From: Callorhinchus milii | Taxonomy: Eukaryota | DNA length: 64,000 bases | Direction: 5' to 3' | Assembly (NCBI RefSeq): GCF_018977255.1 | Contig: NW_024704742.1 | Location: forward strand, 77,378,001 to 77,442,000 | Shown here: one piece after another, positions 12,901 to 25,900 of the stretch | Layout: every line of letters begins with the position of its first letter | Numbering within the stretch: the first letter of the stretch is position 1 | Translations under genes and position numbers: made by a program | The notes under the pieces: model-generated | Told to the model about the DNA's origin: nothing | The model's input: the letters and a program-made list of their open reading frames with translations, nothing else | Database searches by the model: none

Positions 12901-15249
12901 TTGTTAAAACTTTCCTTATTCATATTTGTTAGAAATGTGTTCTCACGCTCACTATTTCCATACTCGGTGAGTTCCCACTTTAGCCAGATAGCGTCTCCCA
13001 AAATGCTGAGGGTCACAGATGGAAAAAAAGAGCTTACATTTTTGTAGTGCCTTATCACGTCACACATCTCAAAACACTCTACACATAATCATTATCAAGT
13101 GTAGTGTCTGTTTGTAGGTAAATAGATAAGCAAAGATGTAAACCGGCTAATTAATTCCAATTGTGCACTTGGAAATAAAGAGTCTACATGGAAGAGAATG
13201 ATGCTGTGAATGTTAACTCATTCAATAAATAACTGCATAATCATTGAGCAAAGGATTTGAAGGTTATAGAGATAAGTGTACACTGATTTTCAAATATGCC
13301 ACAGAATATGATGGTTCCTGTGCTGATGTAATGAAAATGTCATCTGCGGTGAACAGTTGGCAGGTTTGGATGGTGTAGATAGATACTCTGGAGAGCTTTG
13401 ATCAGCTATCTGATAGTTTATGGAACCTTCACTGGAGATTAAGTAAGTGGATAAAGTGCATGATAGAATAGATTGCATATGGTTTGCAAAAGGAGCAGAT
13501 TGCATGGGGAACATAACTTTTTTCTCCTATAACTTTCTCTCCCCTCTCTTCTCTGTTCCCCTCTAACCCCACCCTCCTCCTGAAAGTACTGACTCGTGGA
13601 GAACAGTTCCATACATGTCAGTCACTTTCCATTTTTCATGTGTCAGCTTTGATGTTGAGTTATCACCCTCAAATCCAATTTTGGCCATAACCTAACATCG
13701 TGAACTTTCCACTGCTGGAGTACAGGACAGATTCCTGAAAATCTACCTGTTCCACATAAACTTCTATGTGTTTGCATAATCCAGGCATATTACAGGCAGA
13801 AACATCAACCTGAACAGATTCCACGTTTCTTTAGATTTCTGCCAGCCTTGCCTATATTAGTGGTGTTGGGGGTTGAATTAGCATTTATTGTAGCAAATGG
13901 AAGTTTCTTGGTATTGCAAGGAAATAATCAGAGGTACATTTCCTTAATTCACTTCATTATCCCCCAAATGTAATGGCCCATTCACTTGATGACTGTTTGT
14001 GGGACATTGCTATGTGGATAATTGCTGCTGGTTTTGCCCACAAAACACAGTTATTCGACTTTACAGTACATGCTGGGATGTGCTTTGGTACGTCCTTCTG
14101 ACTTGAAAGGACCTCTACCAAATGTAAGGATTATTGGTATTTTTATAAATGCTAAACATTTCCATGAACCCACATTTCAAAGATTTTGGTGGTTATTGTA
14201 TGGGCTATGATCTTCGCAGAAAACACAATACTTTTGAGATCAATAGGAAGGAAAATGTAATTCCATCTATAATCTACATACAATTATGAATATCACACTG
14301 TAAAACCCAAACCCAACCATTTGGATCCACTGGTAGCTGGTCCACCACCTCCCAAATGCTGGTGCCATTTGAAACCAAAATGTTGATCCTCTTCACAATG
14401 TAGTGGCTGGGGACTTTGTGAATCACTCAAACAGTTGTGGATACCACCCAGGTCACCGCCAGCTGTTGCTCCAGTTTTCAGCTCCGACCACCTATCTGTC
14501 CTCATGATATCGACTGTAAATACATACTTTTGAAAGGTACAAAGGGGTTCAAATACATACACGACTAAGTACCATGTCAGCATTGTACTAATGTTGAGTA
14601 ATCTGCCTGGTTGTGCAAACAAATGGAGTTTACTTGGAATAGGTAGATTTCCAAGAACCAATGGGTGTGGTATAGATAATAAGGTTAATGATTTACATCT
14701 TTTATGTTTACCTGCTCTTTGTACTCGAGGAATGGGAGACAACATGCAGAATCACCAACCCATTTGTTCACCCTAGGTATTTAAAGTCAGATCTAAAACA
14801 CCCGCCCATCTCCTGAGTTGGACTGTTATTTTGAGCCCCATTAAAGGGGAAAGTGATTAGCATCAATTATTTCAAAAGGAAATTAGATGATACCTGAAAA
14901 GGACAAATATTAAGGGGCATGATTGCTCGCAGGAGAGAAATTGGATTAACCACCTGGAGAAAAACACCAGCTCAGACTTGATGTTCTGAATGACCATTTC
15001 TGGTTGAAACTTTAGTGTAATTCTCTCGTTGAATTATTTTAGTTGTTCAGGGCAATAAAACAAAGTATAACCCATCATGACTAAACCTTGCCACTACAGA
15101 GAGGGGAGCTTCCCAATTGGGAGGACATGGAAAGCAAAAAGAACAACAACAGCTTGCATCTATATTGCACCCTTCATGTGGGTAATATCTTGGAATGTTT
15201 AACAATCATGGTGTTTGATGTCGAGCTGGAAAGGGAGTGGAGGAGGTGA

Positions 15250-15375
15250 CTGAAGGCAGGATCCAAGAGGAAAGTCTTCAGGTATGATTTGAAGATGGGT
15301 CGAGAGGCAGTGAGGTAGGGAGTTCCAGGCAAAGGCGAGATGCTTAGAGCAGCAGGACATATGGCAGAAATTTAG
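15250..15375 (-). mobile_element. L2 LINE 3' fragment
   Basis: ORF 15199..15411 contains AFAWNSLP; C/T-rich minus strand. Confidence 0.6.
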
Positions 15376-16455
15376 GCAGCGTTGATCATAGATCTTCTGT
15401 CCTCTCAGCAAGGAGAGGTGGGTAATGTGGGAATATTCAGGAAGAAGAAGGAAGGGAGAGAGAAAAAAGTAACTAACAGAACCCTACTCTACCCGGCAAG
15501 CCTTCCATGCACTAAACATTTTAAGTCTATTATGGTCAGTACAGCAAAAACAACCACTTGCATTTATATAACGCCCTTCATGTGGGGTAAAGTCTTTTAA
15601 CGCTTAGAAAAGGAGGCAAAGAAGTTAGAGAGCTGAACATCTACTGTTGGGGATATGGATGGTCCCAGATCTGTAGCATTCACTTGAACTTTGCAGTATT
15701 GAAAAGGACAGTGGTATTGGCAGGAGATGGAAACGTCAGAACTATAGTATCAACGTTGGCGGAGTTGGAGCTCTTAACGTTTAGTTGATTCCAAAATGGC
15801 TGCCTGGTTGTTGCAGAATCTAAAATGGCGCCACAGTTTATCTGTATTTCTTGGACTGTGCCGCAGGCTGAATAAGAATTTGGAATACACTGAACAGGCT
15901 GCATTTCTTTAAGAAATATTATAATAGTTTAATTGTTTCCATATTTCTTGGTGCTTTTTCACATATGGGTGTATTCAAGCAAACACAGAGGAACAGGGTA
16001 AAACTACTGTACAGTGTGTGGGTGAAACCTGATCATGATCTGGGAGTGCTGGGCAGCCAGCAGAGCATCACAATTGCGCAATAGATTTATATGTTGCGTG
16101 TACACCCTCTGTGCACCATTTAGTGAATGGGGCGATATTTCATAATCCGTTCCTTAATTGTGATAACTGACTAGATTTGGTTGTTTTCCTCCAGTTTTGA
16201 AATAAGAAGCTGCCTCGATAACGGCAGATTACACAGCACTCTGGGGTTCAACAATCAGGGTAGCGGCTTGTGACCTTGGGAGCAGTGCTGGTGCTGGCTA
16301 ACGTGAACTTATGTGGGGACAATTAAGGAATTAAATTTGTGGCGTTTTAAAAGGCGTTCCTTGTGATAGTCAGGAATACATGAAACATTGCAAACTTCCC
16401 TGTGGGAATTTCATACAGCCCATGTATGATATGCAGCATGTACTTCACTTGAACC

Positions 16456-16555
16456 AAAACAGAGAGAGCTGGGAAACCTCAGCAGGTCAGGCAGCATCTA
16501 TGGAGAAAGGAAACTGAGTCAGCGTTTCGGATCCACGACCCTTCGTCAGAACTGG
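16456..16555 (-). mobile_element. Penelope-like element terminal-repeat fragment carrying a minimal hammerhead motif
   Basis: Minus strand CCAGTT-CTGACGA-A-GGGTC-GTG-GATCC-GAAA-CGCTGAC...GATGCTGCCTGACCTGCTGAG; resembles a repeat I recall as abundant in shark genomes. Confidence 0.7.
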
Positions 16556-16584
16556 CCTTATTTAACAAGGGCCCACACATTACA

Positions 16585-16740
16585 TTAAAAAGACAGCAAA
16601 AAATAACTAGATATCTAAAAAGGAGTAAACTGCAGGGATATGGGTACAAGGCAGGTAAATGCGACTGAAAGGATTGCTCTTTAAAGGAGCCAGCGTAGAC
16701 ATAATGGCCTTCAAATGGCCTCCTGTGTTTCTATGCCGTG
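16585..16740 (+). mobile_element. CR1 3' UTR fragment
   Basis: GCAGGGATATGGG...GAGCCAGCGTAGACATAATGG...AATGGCCTCCTG. Confidence 0.6.
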
Positions 16741-19130
16741 ATGCATATAGAACAATATTCAATTATTGTGTTTGAATTCTGTGGTTTCAAAATAAAATAA
16801 CTAAACTGATCTGCAGATTCAATTTGCACCAATTTATAATTTTCTGAAATCTATATTTGTGTGTCAAACCAAACGTTTTTCTCAGGTGCCTCAGATGAAC
16901 TCCTGACTGGGATCTGATTGTGTTCTGGGACCTCGTGAGGAGTGTGCTGTACATTCTGTTTTTGTTCTCCTCTATAAAAGAGGTGTGGAATCAGACCTAA
17001 ACTGGCCACACATAGATTTTCATGATTTTCGTTTGGAATGTGTCAGTAAAGTTGCTGAATCTCTCAGATTCAACTCAACCCTGTGCATTGACTGAATAAG
17101 TACAGTATGCAGCAACTTCTCAGATCCACTAAAACACATATCACATCTAATTTATATTTATATAGAGCCTATTCCACCGGGAGCCTGTCCTGCAAAAACT
17201 ATGTCTACAGAAACCTAGGTTGTTGTCAAAAAATACCAAAGAAAAAGCTTGTGCATTTCTGCGTACTCTTCAAAAGGCTAAGGAAATGCTGATACAATTT
17301 TAACCTATGTCTGCACGCAGTATAATTTTCTACATTTTTTTTAGAGTTTGTGTAATATTGTCTAGATAAGGAAGGGACTGGAGTGGAAAATGGAACCTTA
17401 TCCAGCATTTGTTACACCCATTGTACACACTGGTATATTACAGACCAGATATTACAGACAGCACACCGTGTCTCACCAGGACTGCTCCAGTAGTCTGCTT
17501 TGATTCCCAGGAGGAAATGGAATTTAATCACAGTTAGAGGAGAAATAATTTCAGTATATATCGGTTGCACTTGCAGTTCCAGATTTTTCAAAATGTTTGG
17601 AACTAACTTTTACAAATGACTGGAGTTTTTTTTGCTGTCCAGTTACCCAGGTGAATGCTATTGTATTGTGAAAATTGAAAGGACCATGCCTTCTCTTTAG
17701 CCCTGTAGGTATTCACATTGTTTAGCCTAAGTCCACCACCTATTGGATTTATAATGTATTGACCACACACCTCTGAAGAAAGATGAAAGAAGCTCTTGGA
17801 AGTGTGTTTACACTAGCTTTCACTTGACGCTTACGAATAATGGCCCAACTGAGATACAGAACTCAGCTCTTGGGAGAAATTGATTTCTTTTAAGAAAAAT
17901 CCTTCTTTATTTCTGGCACAAGGTGTTCAAAGCACTTCATGAAATGCAGTGTCAAACTCATCTAATCTCTGGGTTTACTTCCACTTGTGTAGGGATAGCT
18001 CACAAATAATTAATGCTCATTAGCATGAAATATAAATGCTTGCGTCAGGCACTGTGTCTGATTGCTGGTCCTGGGAACTTAGAACAAGGGTTACTGTGTA
18101 CAGACAAGCCTGCTTTGTATACAGTAATCTGCCCTTCCTCCTTTCTTTTGCTAGATGAGTGAAACTGAAAAACAGCGAGTCAATTATGTGTGGCTTAAAA
18201 GCAACAAAATGTGTCCTGTGTACTGTTTGAATGGGTTTTATTTGGGGGTTGAGAACGGCTGCTATCTGAGGAGGATTTTCACAGAGCAGATGACTGGGTT
18301 CTCTCCCCTCCCGTATATACTGGTAGATGGAGACGGAATCCAAATAATCCTATTTACAGCAGCTATGAAGTAAATCGCTGATGCTCTACATTCGTGCAGC
18401 GAACGTTAACAAGTTGTGCAATTGTTTCGCTGTTGCGTTTACCAGCACCTGCACCATATTTGTATTTGAAGGCGCTCTGCCTCCCCAAAAAAGGGTGGTC
18501 TTTGGCAAGCCCTGTGTCCTTGGGAAGAGAGAATAGCTGCCGCCATGCTTGATCACAATGAGGTGATGCGCAAACGGCACAATAGTACATTTCAATCTTG
18601 TGTCTGTTGGGCCTTGTGAGCCGGGGAAACATACCAAAAGACTTTTTGCAAACCGCTTTGTCATGAGGTTGGTGCATCTCTAACCTTGTTTATTTAGTGT
18701 TCTGTAGCTTTCAAATTAACTCCTGCTGCCTGCTCTACAGTGAAGCAGAGACAGCATCCAGCGCGATGTGAGCATCTGTCAGTGTGTTCTCAGTCAACTT
18801 GCCTCTCAAGACTGTGAAGCCAGTCCAAACCCTGAATGTGAACTCTGTATAGAAGATGCTTCCAATGTGGTTTGTTTCTCCACGCTTTCTCACTGCATCC
18901 CGCGATAGATGACTTCAGTTCAGATCTTATACTGAAAATTTACTTTAAAAGCCTCTTTGTTGACATGAACTTTGAGATTTCTGGAATGAATTGATGAGCT
19001 GCACTAAAAGCTACAGAGACTGTTTTTTTTCCACAGCTGCTTAGAACGTGTCACGTGGTGGGGTACACAGCTGGGCCCTTGCATTGGGAGCCACACAATA
19101 TGGCCGCTAAGGTGTTTCTTGCCTCAAGTT

Positions 19131-19240
19131 AATAATAATAATCCTTGCATTTGATATAGTGTCTTATCACGTCGTTGTGAAGGCTCAAAGCGCTACACAG
19201 AATATATTGTAAAGTGATTGGCTGTGTATTTTGTGGGCAA
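19131..19240 (-). mobile_element. SINE 3' fragment
   Basis: (AAT)n CCTTGCATTTGATATAG... tail homology. Confidence 0.8.
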
Positions 19241-20204
19241 ATTAAAAAGTTGATTCTGAGAACCATAACAACAACAAACATTTGAAAATGTTTGTCCACA
19301 CGGTGCTCAAACCAACAGAGTTACACGTGCAATTCTTTTAACAATTCATCTCCCACCATCTTTTAACAATTCATCTGTTAGGTTTTTTTTTACAGTGTGC
19401 ACTCACATGGCTTGTGTCTTTAAGAAACTGGCTGTTGCATAATAGGGAGTGAACTGACAGCTCTTCTGAATAGAAGGTTTGGAATTCATACAAAAGCGGA
19501 TGCAAGTTAGCAAGGGGGTTGCCAAACTGGAGCAAGGGTGAAAAAAAATAAGTTGCCTTTTCTATTCTTTTTGTTTGTTATTCAAGAAAATGCCAAAGGA
19601 ATTCAGCAGCGTGCTGTAGTAAAATAGTCACCAAAGTTGTACTTTTTTGAGTTAATTTAATGAAGCTGCAGGTTTTCTGTTTGCTGGTATTGTAGCTGTG
19701 TTGTTTTAAGATGAACAATTAGTCATTCTGCCAAAAAGCTTTCTTTGTTATTTATTTATTCGTTTGTGTATTTTACAAATGTTTTTTGAGAAATGTAAGT
19801 TGTGAGCGGAAATTTGAAAAATGTACAATGCAGTATTTAGCAGAGAGATTTGCTCAAGGTGAATGATTGCATTCTAACTTTATATTAAGTTAAATATTGA
19901 AATACTTTGTATACATGAATAATGCATATTTGAATGCCTAAATCAAAATGCTGTACAGAAATCTTAATATTGTTATCACAGATATCAAAATAATGAGCAA
20001 ATCTAGACTGTATTGGGCTCTCCAATGTGAAAATAAATCTTATTCATTTAAATGGTTGATTCTAAGGGAAGAATAATACAATTGATTAAATTCTTAAGAC
20101 TATTAGTGATAAGACGTCATAAATTTACGTCACTGTTTAAAAAATACAGCACAAAACACCATCAGGTTTTCATTCCATGAGGTGTTTGAATTCTCTTATA
20201 AAAG

Positions 20205-20522
20205 AATTCACAGACTCTGGCTCAGCAACAGCTTGTAGCAGAGAATTCCACATTCAGCCATCCTCTGACAAACAAGATATTTTTTCAAACCTTCCCTTTA
20301 ATTGCTTTTGGCATTATCTTACATTCATGCCCTCTTGTTGCTGAATTGCCGACAAAGTGAAAATATTATTTCGATCACAACCCTTCATCATCTCAAAAGA
20401 GCTCTATCAGGTCACCCCTTAACCTTCTCAGATCTACTGGAAAAGGCTCTTATTTCTCAAGTCTCTCATCGTAACTGAAACCCTTCATCACTTGTAACAA
20501 CCTAGTGAATCTGCGCTGCATC
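20205..20522 (-). mobile_element. CR1 LINE ORF2 C-terminal fragment
   Basis: TCTATCAGGTCACCCCTTAACCTTCTC reads RRLRGDLI on the minus strand; homologous to 58.5-58.77 kb. Confidence 0.85.
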
Positions 20523-20978
20523 TTTGCTTTGAACTGAAGACCATCTGAAAGTTAATGCGATGTGGTTTGGATACTTAGCAGCATGGGAGCTCTTTTAAAC
20601 ATGCAATCAGTTACCCACACGTAATTATTATACACTTAACTGGGACAAACACTTGGAGGAGAATATGGAAATTACATTGTAGTTCAGAAAAAAAATGTTT
20701 TTATATGGGAGTCACAGAGACCTTGTAAAGAAATGAGAAGGAAGACATTTATTAATGATGACATTAGTGCCGAGTGGTTATTGAAATAAAATCTTCAAGT
20801 TAGATGAATACTAAATAAACTGACATTCAGTGAGGTAAGATCTAGGACTGTTGGCTGCTGCTTCACCATTGGTATCCCCTTTACAAATCAAGCAATTATA
20901 GAGAACGGTAAACTTTGATAATGAATTACTGATAGAAATTTTAGCAGTTGGCATTAGGAGTTTAGCAGTTTAGCAGTA

Positions 20979-21280
20979 GGAGACCTGTAGCTCAGTGGTT
21001 AGAGCACTTGCCTCGCAAGTTGGAGACCTGGTTTCGATTCCCAGCCGGGTGAAACCTTACTCCACACTCCTGATAATTCCTCAAGAAAAAAACCGATAAT
21101 TATTTGGTCACTCAATCCATCACTGTTTGTGAGACACTGCTGTGTGCAATTGACTGCCGTGTTTCGCCCACAAAATATACAGTCAGTTCACTTTACTGTC
21201 TATTCTATGAAGCGCTTTGAGACGCCTAGAAGACGTGAACAGCAGTATATCAAATGCAAGGATTATTATATTATATTATA
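20979..21280 (+). mobile_element. Near full-length copy of the same tRNA-derived SINE, with a small internal deletion
   Basis: GGAGACCTGTAGCTCAGTGGTTAGAGC...GGTTTCGATTCC head; same core and tail; lacks about 14 nt between two CCTT motifs. Confidence 0.9.
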
Positions 21281-23064
21281 TATTGGCATCAATTTAACTA
21301 TGCGTATTGATTTTGGGGGGGTCTGACTTCTTCCTTATGAAATAAGCTGAGACGTTATCCTACTTTTTTCCCCCACTTTTTAGATTGCTGCACAGAATGA
21401 ATGATGGCACGACCAATTTTATATAGCTCTTACAGCAATACTGGGGTGAGAATAGATCAGGATTTACTGTGGGTCAAAAAAAGTAGTTGTTCAGGCAGAG
21501 CCTGGGCATGAAATGATTGTTGTGGTAGGGATTTCCTCATAGGATGCAACTTCATTTAGCTCAGCATACACTCACATTTACACGCGCCTTTTAAGTGAGC
21601 AGACTGGATGAAATAGTCAGTAGTGTAAAAGAATCGGTTAAAAAGGACATTGTGAACCTACTATGTCGGAAACATAAAATCCAATTAATCACAATAACTG
21701 CAGAGAACTGGCTCAGGAATAATGAGATCCTGCAATCCCAGCCTTTGGAACATTGTATGCTTCATGCAGTTTTACATCCCAACATTTGCCAAAAACAACT
21801 TTGATCAAATTCGCTGTTGTCATAATGGCATACAGAAAGGAAACAGTCAAGTCCACGTTTCAGCCAACGTGTTAGATTTTACCAGAAAACCGGAACACAG
21901 TTTGCCTCTCAGAAAGGCATGTTAATAGAGAATTGTTTCCCAGGAACATGGAGTTTTGAGTGGCTTCCTGTTTGATTATATATTCCTCCCCCCACCCCCC
22001 ACACGCGCACACCCTCATCCTCCATATGTGAGTCAGTGGGTGAGAGAATAAGGTTCAGGTGTCACCCCCGCTTTTCCTGGGCCGGTAAGATCACTGTCCA
22101 CATTCAGTCTCTTCCTGGAGTAACAGAATTTGTCAAAACCAACCTATTTGAATCTTTCAATCATATTTCCCCTCCTTGCCCCCCATGACTCCCGCCCCCA
22201 GCTTGGATGCACAGCCATCGGTGCCAAGCACTTTGGGGGTATCATCCCCATGTGAAAGGTCCTATATCAATGTAAATTTATACAGTATAGAAAAACACAT
22301 TTTTGTGGTGGGCTGGCAGTAGGCTGTGTACTCTGTAGGGAAGATAGCAAATGGGCTGAAGAGCCTTCATCATCCAAACTAATTTTGTGAATCAACAGCT
22401 CAAATACAGACCTTTTGACCCAAGTAGTCCATGCTGATGTTCATATTCCACATGAGCTTCCACCATTCTAATCCTTCACCCCCCCCCCCAGCACCCCCTA
22501 CCCACATACTCCCTCAACTTTGCTTCAGCCAACTTCATAGAAACAAAAAAGCAGCAGCTGAAAAAATGTTCTTCATGTGTTTTTTATTCAAATAAATCAT
22601 ATAATAAAAGGGTTGTGGGCTGTGATGTGTTGGTAATGGGATGACTTCACCAGCATGCACAGGGCACAGTATCCACACTGTACTTTTAACAGGACAGCGC
22701 AAACCGTTAGTTAAGCCCATTGACTGCTCTGTAGCTATTCAGAGACTTGGCTAACTATGTGCTAGGTGGAGGAAGTCTGCTAAATTAGATGTTTATATTG
22801 ACACAGCTGTAATGTTCAACATCCTGGCCTTGGTGTTTTGTAATTATGATATTTCTGGCAAATTTATCTTTATAAAAATTTGTTGCTGGTGCCAGGGGAA
22901 TTTTGGCACTCCCTGATCTTTTGGCAGGCTTTCTGCACGTGTGCTTAGCGTAGGTCATACCTAAAATGGCTGCCAAGCCTTTTTCTTGAAATGTCGACAG
23001 CCTGGATCCAGTGTGGAGCAGCAGCCAAGACTGGGTTTTAACAACTCATTGTTTTTAATGAGGC

Positions 23065-23105
23065 GCACACACTCACACACACACTCACACACTCACTCAC
23101 ACACG
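23065..23105. repeat. (CA)n/(CACT)n microsatellite
   Basis: cacacactcacacacacactcacacactcactcacacac. Confidence 0.85.
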
Positions 23106-23598
23106 CATTTGACGCAAAGCACGATTTGTTTTTCAACATCCAACCACGAAAAGAAAATGATATGAGTCAGAAAAATACAGCCCCTGGGGATTGTCTGATA
23201 AAGAGCCGAATTTTTTTAAAAAAGATATCTTTTTTCTTGCTGATAATACTTATGAATATTTTGCGAAGAATATGTAAAATGTCTAGAGCTGTCTTATTCC
23301 AAATAGTGTACAGTGCATGTTCGACTGTCACTTTTATAGGAGTGCATTGAAGGACTAAAGGCCTGGAGGAGTACTGGAAGCCCAGACTGCTGTCAGTGAC
23401 TTATAGAAATGACTTCAGCCTCTAACGCCATTGTGAGCTGTTTGTATTGATTAGCAGCAAACTTTTGCCGTCAGATTTATTATAAATCCAATCCATGCTC
23501 GCTGCCATTCACAATTGGAGGCAGAAAAGGCAGTAAAGGTACTTGTTGCCTGCCCCAGCCAGGATGACTTTCACGTTCCTACTCACATTCCCATTATT

Positions 23599-23853
23599 AT
23601 GGCAAGCGTTTTTAGCTGGTTAGACTCCAGCAGTACCCCATCTGATACTCTGGGGACCCCAGGCCTTGGCTCTTGCCAAGCTGAGCATAATACCTTCCGG
23701 AATTAGGTAAGCAGGATGCGTTGCTCCAGGGAGAGAATGCACATTCCATTCCACCAACCTATCTCCGTGTAGGTGGGAATTCTCTGTTTCGTTTGGATAC
23801 TCTTAAGCACGGTAAGCTTCCGCATGTATCAGACACCTAGCTGACCCAAAAAA
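23599..23853. repeat. Second copy of the unclassified core, without the long inverted arms
   Basis: Shares ATGGCAAG..TTTTAGCTG..AGACTCCAGCAGTACCCC..CTCTGGGG..CCTTGGCTCTT..TTCCGGAATTAGGTAAG..GCATGTATCAGACA..AGCTGA..(A)n with 4548-4909. Confidence 0.8.
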
Positions 23854-24556
23854 TATTCCTGTTATTCCTAGTGGGAGAAGAAAGCACCTGTACGAAGGCA
23901 GTTATCAGGAATTGTCACAGTGGTTGTTGCACAGTGCAGCAATACTGTGGGAAGTGGTTGCACTTTATTGTGGGGATGACAAATCTATTGATGTAGCTGT
24001 CTGCCACAATCGCATACTGTGAATCCAAGATGTGCTACAGCTCTAGGAGACAGAAGACATCCAACCCAGGAGAGGAGAATTGGCCAGATTCAACACAAGA
24101 AAAACCTGCTCCTGATTATCTTGAATTTATACACGTGTGGAGAAGGCCTGTGCAGCTCAAGGCCTGGTTCCAGTTCTTTCAAGAGGCAGAATTTTTTTTA
24201 AAAAGTAAAAGTGTACTGACTGGTTGAGTGTTGAGAACTGCTTTTCAGTCACCTCTTATCACCTCATAAGTTTTTAAGCAGAAACATTGAGAGCAGACGG
24301 CTCTTTCTGTCAGACTGCCCTATCCTCAGTCCATATAATCTGTTTGTTCAAGACGCTGCCACCAGAATGGGAGTTCATTGGAAATACGATGCAGGGTTTA
24401 TAGGCCAAGTAACCACAATAAAGAAAAAATCAGCCAGCAACATGGAATAGAAGTTGCCCACACAGTCTCCTGCATATCTGGTATCTTTATCCAGAAAACC
24501 AAATCATTATGTGTGTATTTAACTGCTCTGAGACACTACTCACGTGAAGGGCACCA

Positions 24557-24856
24557 GGCAGGGTGAAACCTTAGGCAAGGTTCCTTATCCACACACCTCA
24601 TTTTACCTAGCAGTAATTATGAACCTGGTTGTTAGTCAATTAGCAGATCACTTTCCAGGGGTAATAATCCTTTCAAAAATAATTTCTTCACTCAATCCAC
24701 AACTGTTTGTGGGACATTGCTGTGGCAATTGGCTGCCATGTTTTGCCTATCTAATATACAATCAATTCACTTCACAGTATATTCTGTGAAGCGCTTTGAG
24801 ATGTCTTGACGACTTGGTAATGCTCTATATCAAATGCAAGAATTATTATTATTATA
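24557..24856 (+). mobile_element. SINE copy of a longer subfamily (extra internal segment)
   Basis: GGCAGGGTGAAACCTTAGGCAAG start, about 65 extra nt, then the shared core and tail. Confidence 0.8.
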
Positions 24857-25619
24857 AATCCAATTTGTTGTTGTGGTGAGTTGGAGCAGGCAGGAATCAC
24901 AACACTGAATCCACACTCAGTGCTTGCATCCTTCACTGCAGTGAGGTAGAACAAGTAGCCACATGAGCACTTTACCCTTCACTTCCCATCAACTTACAAA
25001 CTGAGGGGTTTGTTTATAACTTGCACCCCCCTCCTCCCCCCACGATTAATATTTCAGCTTGTTATTTCTGAAGCATTGAAAAGCAGTTTGCTTATAAAAT
25101 TCACAGTCACTACAGTTTATAGTATTATCCTGTGAAACACTTCGAGACGTTTCTCCCATAAGAAAGGGCGTTTTATCAGATGAGGATTATTTAAAGGGCC
25201 GAAAGAATGAGTTGCAAACACGGGCTCTTGTTACACTGATCCAGGGTTTGGGTTCATTAACATTCCTCCCGTGAATTGAACAAAATCCCACTTGGTGTTC
25301 AAAGAAGTTACAGATAATATGCCTCCTGTGAAAACCTGGATTTGTATTCATGAACACATCTGTAGTATTTGCGGTTAACAGCTGCAGTTTTTCGAGGTCT
25401 GTGCTGCAAGCTATTTGGTCTGTGCAGCAGCATTCAGCCAGATTCATGGCACCGCTGTCAAACTCAAAAACTCGAAGATTAAACTGGGAACGTGTTAACT
25501 CAAATCTGCTCAATGTTGTTTCTCGATGTGCTTTGCTACGGCTTCAGTGCTGTGAGCAACCCTGGAGCCAAACTCTCTCATGTACACAAGGAGTCCGGAG
25601 CAAGGTTCAAAACTTAATC

Positions 25620-25900
25620 ATTCACTTAATGGCTGTTTGTGGGGCACCGTTTTGTGCAAATTGGCTGCCGTGCTTGCCTATAAAAATACAGTCACTGCAC
25701 TTTGCAGTGTATCCTGTGAAGCCCTTTGAGTATCCTCCCAAAGTCAAAGGCCCTATGTCAAATGCAAGGATTATTATTATTAGTACAAGTATGTTACATC
25801 CAATACACAGTCAATCCACTTTACAGTATATCCTGTGAAGTGCTTTGAGACATTGAGATGACGTGATAAGGTGCTACATCAAATGCAAGGATTATTATTA
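25620..25900 (+). mobile_element. Two tandem SINE 3' ends
   Basis: The tail AAATGCAAGGATTATTA occurs twice (about 25760 and 25881). Confidence 0.75.

Noticed and set aside
17773..17805. CTGAAGA...GGAAG hammerhead-like motif
   Set aside because: The GAAA box and stems are not convincingly present.
23665..23678. TTGGC-TCTT-GCCAA as an NFI autoregulatory site
   Set aside because: The spacer is 4 nt rather than the canonical 5, and it lies within a repeat.
25350..25838. Longest ORFs in the track (162 aa here, 152 aa at 40319, 150 aa at 14293, 142 aa at 26198)
   Set aside because: No recognisable domains or splice support; the 162-aa ORF runs into SINE sequence; lengths are compatible with chance.
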